40,897 nucleotides of DNA, from contig NC_068985.1 in the NCBI RefSeq assembly GCF_001194135.2, positions 75,432,898 to 75,473,794 on the forward strand. Reading direction: 5' to 3'. A model generated the notes under the pieces. It was not told the DNA's origin. It ran no database searches and saw only the letters and a list, made by a program, of their open reading frames with translations. Both the position numbers and the translations under genes were made by a program. This DNA comes from Octopus bimaculoides (Eukaryota). This document shows positions 32,648-40,897 of this stretch, in pieces (positions within the stretch are counted from its first letter, which is position 1; every line of letters begins with the position of its first letter).

Positions 32648-33312
32648 GCTTCCTTCCCAACAACATGGTCCCGGGTTCAGTCCCACTGCTTGGTACCTTG
32701 GGCAGGTATTTTAGCTTTGTGAGTGTATTTGGAAAACGGAAACTGAAAGAAGCCTGTCGTACATATATATATGTGTGTGTATATGAGATCTTTTCCTTTT
32801 GGCCGGCACATAGAAAAAATAATTTTTTGTAACTAAACACTTTCAGAACGTCTTGTTGACAAACCACAGCAGTAGTTGTTTTCACCTCAATAGACGTCAT
32901 TGATTGGTTGAAATTACCGAAATACGACAACTTTAACACGAAATAACTTCGAAATTATAGAATTTTCTTAAAAACGCCAAGAGTAAATGATGTTTTAAAT
33001 GACACATTCTACCAGTATACGAAATTTGAAAGTGTTTAGTTACAAAACATTATTTTTTCTATGTGCCGGCCAAAAGGAAAAGATCCTGTGTGTGTGTGTG
33101 TGTGTGTGTGTGTGCTTGTTTCTGAATTTGTTACCCCTCCGTCGTTTGAAAACTCATGTTGGTGTGTTTACGTCCCTGTAACAGTGGTTCGGCATAAGAC
33201 CCCGATAGAATAAGTACCAAGCACACAAAGAGTAAATCTTGGGGTCAATTTCTTCGACTAAAAGGTGGTGCTCCGGTATGGTCGCAGCAAAATGACTGAA
33301 AGAAGAAAAGAA
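32648..33312 (+). mobile_element. SINE family B, head truncated by element D and interrupted by a MITE
   Basis: GCTTCCTTCCCAACAACATGGTCCCGGGTTCAGTCCCACTG..GGAAACTGAAAGAAGCC [MITE] ..GGTGGTGCTCC..ATGACTGAAAG. Confidence 0.85.
32786..33086. mobile_element. MITE, ~300 bp, ~60-bp TIRs, deletion derivative of the 17291 family
   Basis: GATCTTTTCCTTTTGGCCGGCACATAGAAAAAATAAT.. / ..ATTATTTTTTCTATGTGCCGGCCAAAAGGAAAAGATC; internal segment matches 17667-17821. Confidence 0.9.
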
Positions 33313-34171
33313 TAATCCTCTCCTCTAATTATGAGACCCCGAAAAGGCTAAGTGTATTCCGTTTTATCTTAGAATATTTACTATAGCCAGTATAATCAAT
33401 ATTAAAATTATTCTACCTGTAAGAAATACTTTGCTCTAGATTGGTTACAGCTAAAATAGGTTGATTTATTTCATGTTGTATTTTGTGAACTATAGCGTCA
33501 TCTGTTATAAGTTCCTCTAATAGAAAACACTTGCCTAATCTTGCTGCACCTTGGAATTGAACCTAGATCCACACATCCATGTCTGCTTTCTGTTTTCAGA
33601 AACATAAATTCGCGACTTTTAAAAATGCATGATGTGGTGTTACAATACAGTATAAATCTACTCAATGTAATAGTTTTCGTAAATTTCAGTTAAATATGTA
33701 TAATTTATATTGGGCATCTCAGGCTTTCCATTTTGTTTTTGATCATATTCAAAGCGTTATTTTTATGTTCTAAATTGATTCCTAATTTTAAGCTACGCGA
33801 TTCCTTTGATTAAAAACATAACCATTTTAAATGTTGTGTATAGTCTCTTTGAATTTATTAAATTATATTCTTTGCTTTTTCTCTTTACAATTATCAATGA
33901 ATGTCTGTAACTACAGTTGTCCTTCAGTTTAGACGGTTTCACTTTAGTACGTTGCTGATTTTGGTCGATTTTTTTTTCTTTACTTATACAGAAACATAAC
34001 TTCATCATTTCTGTGTCAGTTTCTAGATTTCCTTACCTTTCACTTTTACGATTGTGAAAACTAACACTAAAGTTACAATTACTCTTGTTCTATATTTTGC
34101 TGAAACTTTTCAAGACTGAATGACATGGTTTCAAACGATTATGAAAGTTAATTTCTATGAAAATGAGAATA

Positions 34172-34390
34172 TATTGGTTTCAAATTATAGCACAAGACCA
34201 GTAATTTCGGTGGAGGGGATAAGTCGATTAACTCGACCCCAGAACTCATCTGGTACTTATTTTATCGACCCCAAAATGATGAATGGCAACGTCGATCTCA
34301 GTGGAATTTGAACTCAGAACGTAAAAGACAGCGGAAATGCAGCTAAGCATTTTCTCCAGCGCTGTAACGATTGTGCCACCTCACTGCTTT
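34172..34390 (-). mobile_element. SINE family A, uninterrupted
   Basis: Reverse-complement match including GGAATTTGAACTCAGAACGT. Confidence 0.85.
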
Positions 34391-36089
34391 AAGAGAATTA
34401 ATATATTAATATGATGTACGTTGTATGTATACACTCATATAAAAGCAGATATGGATATACATATTTCTACACACATATTCACATTTACGCGCGTAGACAC
34501 ACGTTTGCATGCACACGCGCACACTCATATGAAATACTTAATCTATATTTCACATTACACAGAATTGTATTAAGTCAGGGTATTATTATACCATTCATAT
34601 AATGCATTTAAAGGAAAAGTCGATGATGTGAACTTTCTTTGGATCTATTCAAATGAGTATGTATAATAGTTAAATATAACATGTTGCTTTCAGCGATATC
34701 TTGGTTAAAAATAGTATATCTTGTCCCTGATACCATAGATGGTTGCATTAATAATTTGCGTTTAACTCCACCTAATTTTATACCTTTTAGCAGAATAACA
34801 TGAGGAAATATTACCTACAAGTATGAATGAACCTTTCTAGATTTCCTTAGAACAATGACTTCAGTGGAGTTTCTCCTATATAGGTTATAAGACTCACCGT
34901 TACCATAACGTTGTAGCTAACAGTAAACATGTTCAACCACAGCGAAAATATCGATGACTTGTATCGCATTGCTACGAGAATAATAAAGAAACGCATCTCC
35001 TCCACGGTTGTTAATAACTTACAACATATATAGATAGCACTAATCTCTGCAAATAGAGGATGTACTGCATGAGTTTATGAGTTCCCATACTTTTATATCT
35101 TAACTGAAGATAACGGTAAAATCTGAACACGCTTGTATTCTGAACACACCAGTATTTAACCTCAGAAAGTGTTTGCATTTGTTTCAATCGGATTTGCTAT
35201 TTTATACCAGTACTAGTTGAAATTACACGTAACATGTGAAAACTGATACACAACAGCCTTTTACTAAATTGAGGATAGTTTAAGAATATTATGTAATGAT
35301 GATAAATTTGAAACTTTTATTAACGGGTGTACAATTCCAGACTTTTATAATATAATGATTCGTTATTTAAGTGTATTATTAAATCATGTATAATTTGATA
35401 ATTTCTTTATTGAACATTTGAAGAAATCTGACAAAAATTTATTTCTGTTTTGAATAAAAAGGTATTGTGTTAATTAAAACGAAAATTGTCGCCATTTATA
35501 ATGGACAACAATATTCGAGCGCGTAGCATTTAATAACATAAAGCTTTTGAATTATTTAATATGCATTTTTCATTCTTCATAAGATTCTCGGGAAAGCTTA
35601 ATGAAATCTGTTGAAATCCACTTTCTTTTCATTTATAAAATGTAAATTAACCTCAGTTTGAGCTACGCTTCACATCTGTTCAATACAAATAATTTACTGA
35701 TCTATTTTACATACGTGAGAAATATCTAATGATTCTTCATATAGAGAATAAATAAATCCACGAGTACACATTAAAGGTGGACTTAATTTTGTGTGGCATA
35801 CTTAATCTGTCGCCCTGTCCGACACTACTACTTGGCACCTTGATCCCTTTAGCTAGGTCCCCGCTATCGTAATCGTTCAGACCAGGGCTGCAGTTTGAGA
35901 ATACTTTCTTCGCTTCCTCCTAACATTCTTGGAGCCCTGGAAAAGCTCATGAACATTTTCTTTCCTCCTGACTATAAAATAAATCAAATAAACATATACG
36001 AGTATATGGAAGAAATAAGTCATCCCACCTGGATATGTTGTAAGCAGACAATAATATTCTGTGACTTGAGTTCTTGTATATTGTAAACC

Positions 36090-36275
36090 GGTTTCAAATT
36101 TTGGCACAAGGTCAACAGCTTTGGGTGAGGGGATAAGTCGATTAAATCGACCCCAGTGCTCAACTAGTACTTATTTTATGAACCCTGAAAGGATGAAGGA
36201 TAAAGTCGACCTTGGCCGAATTTGAGCAAAGAATGTGAAGACTGACGAAATGCCGCTAAGCATCCCTCGCCGGCT
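36090..36275 (-). mobile_element. SINE family A, head-truncated, target site intact
   Basis: Reverse complement reads ATGCTTAGCGGCATTTCGTC. Confidence 0.85.
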
Positions 36276-37266
36276 TGTTTACAATTACACCAGCATTGAT
36301 ATTATGAACAATTTGGACTTTCGAAATGTCTACCTAAGAGGGTTTCCCAACCCAAAATTTACATGTTATTATTAATAGCTTCATGCATGTGTGTGCTTCG
36401 GGATATATTATTCCCCAAAAGAGTTTTTTTTCATATTATCTCTAAAGTTTATAAAGTTCTTATGGCTTTAAACAATCTATATGTATATATACATGTTAAG
36501 TCATCTCTACAGATTTTCTAAAGAATTTAGAGTCAGCACTGAAAGTTAATACATTTCGTATAAGAATAGGTTTATGTAAACAATGCGATCAAAGATAGAC
36601 AATAGATAATGAGTGTCTATGCATATTTCCCAAATTGGTTAATTAGTGATCTATAATCTTAGAGGGTACCGTGTTTGCTCTTATCGGTTATCAATACTGG
36701 CTAACCTCGGTGAATGTAGATGAACTCCAATTAGTGGACTTCACCAAACTCGGTAAATCCTTACTTTGGTAAATTCATGTGTCTTTATAGAGACTGCATA
36801 GTGTCGGTAGAGAAGAAATAATAAATGAATAAATATCAGGTGAACAGAGATTGTTATATTCTGGTTTTGTTATACAGTTAATCGCATCTTTCTTTGTCAG
36901 TACCTACATGTGTCTCCATTGCAAGCCGGTGCACTCTGCAAATTATGCAACTTGGTGTTAATTACCGGTGCTGCATCATCAGGGTAAAATTTAACTACAT
37001 TTCAGATACCATCTGAACAGATTATTAGCCTAGCCAAAATTGGTCACGCACGTGGTATTAGTGTTACTAAGAATAACATTACATTTTGAACGTTTCAACC
37101 TGACTAGTGAACAATAAAGCCACTTACTCTCCGAAATTATGTTAATAGTCACTATGTATTTAAATCCCTATAACTATTCTATCTTACCATTCCATCAGTA
37201 TAAAGTAGTATTCTTGCTTTATTCAGTGAAACAAGACATTTTAAAAGTTTGTAGACATCATTTAAT

Positions 37267-38916
37267 ATTAAAAGGGGAATCTCCCAAGGTGTTTTGTTTT
37301 CTCCGTTACTACTTGTAATTGCACTAATACCCATAACAATGACACTTAGGAAATTTAAGATGGGTTACCAATGTGGGAAAACAGGCCGATCATTGAACCA
37401 TCTTTTGTTTACGGATGACCTGAAATTGTTTGAGAAATTTGAAAAAGAGATAGATTCCTTAACCAAAGCAGTTCAGAAGTATGGTAAGGACATCAGTAAT
37501 GAATTGGAAATACCAGACGCTCAGTACTTAATATGAAAATAGGGGAGAAAGCATCCTGCAGAAGATTGCGGTAAGCATCAGGAGAGACCATGGGTGAACC
37601 CGACGGTAGTGGATATAGATATTTAAGGATTTTGGCGCTGGATGACATTCTACATAGAGAAATGAAAGTCAAAGTCAGCGAGGAGTATCAAAGTAGGGTG
37701 AAGATGGTGTTGAAATCCAAACTGAACGTCAAAACGCAATGAATATCTGGGCAGTTGCGGTGGTCAGATATAGTGCGTCCATCCTCAAATGGACAAAGGA
37801 GGAAATATCAACACTGGATAGAAGGACGAGAAAGTTGATGACGCTGCTTGGGGCGCTACAACCTAAAGCAAACTGTATATGAAAAGAAAGAATGCTGACA
37901 GAGGACTAATTAGTTTAGACCATTGTATAAGGAGTGAAAGAAGAACGTTTGCCGAGTATTTGATAAATAGTGATGAAGAACTGCTCCAATATGCCGCGAA
38001 GGATATGGGTGTAAATGCAGATGAAATGATGGGCAAGGAAGAGTTTAACCAAAGAGCTAAGAAGTCAAAAGAAGACCTTGAAATGAGAATGCATCGACAA
38101 TTTGAAAGGAAGACACAAGACGTTAAGGATAATACAGCATCGTGGGATTGGCTTCAGCGAGGTGATTTGAAGCGCACCACCGAAAGCCAGATCATTGCTG
38201 CACAAGACCAGGCTCTCGCTACCAATTCAGCGAAGTATAAGATCTATAAAACTTCTGATTCCCAGAAATGCAGACATTGTGGAACGAGTGTGGAAAATGT
38301 AACCCACTTGGTAAGTGGATGTGAGAGCCTTGCACAAAAAGAATACAAGCGTCGCTACGATAAAGTGTGTGTATCTTCATTGGCTCTTATTCCGTAAATT
38401 CCAATATGAAGTAACAGAGAACTGGTATGAGCATGTACCAAGTAAAGCTATGCAGGAGAATGGAAAAGTAACGATATTCTGGAACTATGATTTTCAGACG
38501 GATCATGTAATCGAACACCGTCGGCCAGATATTGTCATATTGAATAAGAAAGACAAATACTGTCAGATCATTGATATAGCTATAACAAATAACATGAATA
38601 TTGTGAGTAAAAAGGTTGAAAAAAATCACCAAGTACTCCGAATTAAAAATGGAAATATCAAGACTATGGAATGCGAGAGGGTAATGTAAAAGTGATACCA
38701 GTGGTGATCGGAGCGTTGGGCTCAATCACATTGAAACTTCAAAACCTCTTAAGGCAACTGAAAATCCCAAGCAAGATTGATGTCTTGCAAAAAGCAGCCT
38801 TATTGGGCACAGCGCATATTTTAAGGAAAGTATTATCTGTCTGAGGTCTTTGTTGGGACTTGTCAGATGACTAAAGACTCCGGTTCATTTTTACCTACAC
38901 TGTGTTACGAAGCAAT

Positions 38917-38918
<2 letters not shown>
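37267..38918 (+). mobile_element. R4/Dong-like non-LTR retrotransposon, 5'-truncated (RT C-terminus, CCHC, restriction-like endonuclease)
   Basis: GISQGVLFSPLL, NHLLFTDDLKLF, RGLIS, AAQDQAL, CRHCGTSVENVTHLVSGC, WYEHVP, HRRPDIV..IIDIA, LQKAALLGTAHILRKVLS; several frameshifts. Confidence 0.9.

Positions 38919-38999
<81 letters not shown>
38919..38999. repeat. (TAA)n array at the 3' junction of the R4/Dong element
   Basis: Direct reading of the sequence. Confidence 0.97.
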
Positions 39000-39000
<1 letters not shown>

Positions 39001-40567
39001 CTATTGGTCTATTATTTATTTGCTAATTTTAAAATTAATATATTATTTAGCATTACAGTTAATTTTATTCCACTTATACTTCTTTTTCAGGTCTTTAAAA
39101 TTAACTTTAATCTATGTAGGAGTTTATATTTAATTAGATTCTTTATTTGCTATGGTTTACTTAATTCTCAATTCAATAACGACTAAATAAAGCAGCTGGA
39201 GATAAGATAGTTCGACCAAAAGAACCGGCTATTGCAAGCAAATATAAATATTGAAAAAACGCATTTGAACGTACGACAGTTTAACATAAAAGCAGCAAAT
39301 TATGATGTTTCTCATTCTATAACATACACCAAACATAAAAACCATACCAAAAACCATATGAATATAAACTAGTAGAACAATACGCCTTTTAACAAACTTC
39401 CTTGAACCGCGTGAAAGGGAAAAGAACAAGCATAGGTCAATATCTAAGTAGTGGGATATATAAACCTGGTGTTTACCACAAAAAGAAATCCTGCATAACA
39501 CATCAGTAGTGGCCAGAGTAGTTGTAGCATAACGATTGTAAAGAATGTATCAAAAAATTTGCTCACCCCTACGTTCTTTTATGTATGTATATTGAAAATA
39601 TTAGAAATGAGGATTACTCCGAAGTAGCAATAGTATTACTTTAATTCTATAATTATATACCGCCTTTTAAGACCAACACATGTGTCAATTGCACCGATTA
39701 GTAACCGTTGCAATTGCAACAATATTATAAAACGGTGCAATCTGTTTAGTGTCTTAACTTAATATCCCTCGGTATGACCGTTTAATGATTTTCTTTTATA
39801 AACTCTGTGTTGTATAATGTAGAGTTGTCGTCTACGTTGTCCTCTACATTAAGTCAGTCGAGAACAATCTCTATTTCAAGTTCTTATTGGAAAACCACAT
39901 TCAGTCTATCTATTCAAAACCATGTATGGTTTAAATGATAATTACCCATTTATATTTGGCAAGTGTAAATTTCCTCATGTACAAGCATCTGAATGCTTGC
40001 TCCTGTCGAGAATATATTACTCTTGGATGTGAAATCCTATAAAATTCTTCTAAACAGAGATCACATCGATTGGTTTCAGACCTGCATGGTTTTTGCAGTA
40101 CAAATTAACTCCCATTTAATCGTATAGTCCATATTGCCCTCCTTCAAAGACCATAATAATTTGCTTAGACTCGTTTGGAACCTTTTATTTTTGTCCTTAA
40201 ATGAACTCAAATGGTTAATGATGTAAATGATGAAAATTAATGATGTAAAGGAATGTAATGATGTAAAGGAACTTCTTTCCCTCAGATGTAACTATACATC
40301 TATGTTTTTAGTTTTTAGTTTTACACTTATTTTTGACATAGCAGGATTCTCGTTCAGAACAATTTCAAAGATAGCCTTTCATATTTCCGTCAGATTTAGT
40401 TTCAACTTAATCTTTGATTGTAGAATTAAATTCATTTCCACTAAGTTCTCCATTACTATTTACTCCATAGATAGAGTTATCTTTGTCCTATTTCTAGCTG
40501 AACTTTTATTCGATTTGACGTTATTATGACGTTATTACGCTATCCTGGGTTATTAAGCTATCCACTA

Positions 40568-40655
40568 GGTTACGGGGACGTAAACACACCAGCATCGGTT
40601 GTCAAGCGATGTTGGGAGGACAAACACAGACACACAGACACATACACACACACAC

Positions 40656-40697
<42 letters not shown>
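40568..40697 (-). mobile_element. SINE family B middle fragment with (CA)n/(TA)n microsatellite
   Basis: GTTACGGGGACGTAAACACACCAGCATCGGTTGTCAAGC is the reverse complement of the family core. Confidence 0.8.
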
Positions 40698-40701
<4 letters not shown>

Positions 40702-40897
40702 TTGCTTAAAAGAGTTCCAACACTGTCTGTTTTTTATGTTTTATTTATATTCCTGCAGAACTAATGTGGGGTATAGAATATGGAATATACAATATACAAT
40801 ATAAAATAAAATAAAATAAAAATGGATGGCACCATGAAAGAAAGTATTGAATGTAGATGAAATATTGAGTGTTCAATATAAAGGATCAAATATATAA

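Noticed and set aside
36901-36990. Plus-strand candidate exon (PTCVSIASRCTLQIMQLGVNYRCCIIR)
   Set aside because: Acceptable acceptor but weak donor, unrecognised peptide, no partner exons
1-40897. CRISPR arrays, rRNA, genuine tRNA genes, operons
   Set aside because: None seen; tRNA-like motifs are SINE heads and the sequence is eukaryotic

Overview
AT-rich, gap-containing animal genomic DNA with no confidently identifiable host gene. The SINE families and microsatellite style look like Octopus to me (recognition from memory, not a database result). The window is mostly decayed transposons: two Penelope-like elements (Neptune-like, minus; Naiad-like, plus), RTE and R4/Dong LINE 3' fragments, Tc1/mariner and Merlin-like pieces, a foldback MITE family and several tRNA-derived SINE families. 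Two things stand out. (1) A family of ~1.5-1.75 kb RT-less retroposons carries a gag-like ORF1 with a CCHC knuckle and ends in a stem-loop plus AATAAAGAAAT. Three copies, from two divergent subfamilies, abut the same position inside the same SINE family, and one has a clean 6-bp target-site duplication. This suggests a SINE-targeting, Tx1/L1-derived, HAL1-like system. (2) A dispersed T-rich repeat with a ~400-490 bp unit carries minimal type I hammerhead-ribozyme-like folds at three loci (retrozyme/pLTR-like). Nearly all protein-coding TE remnants point the same way (+). Most ORF-track entries are microsatellite or N-gap artefacts. All alignments are by eye.
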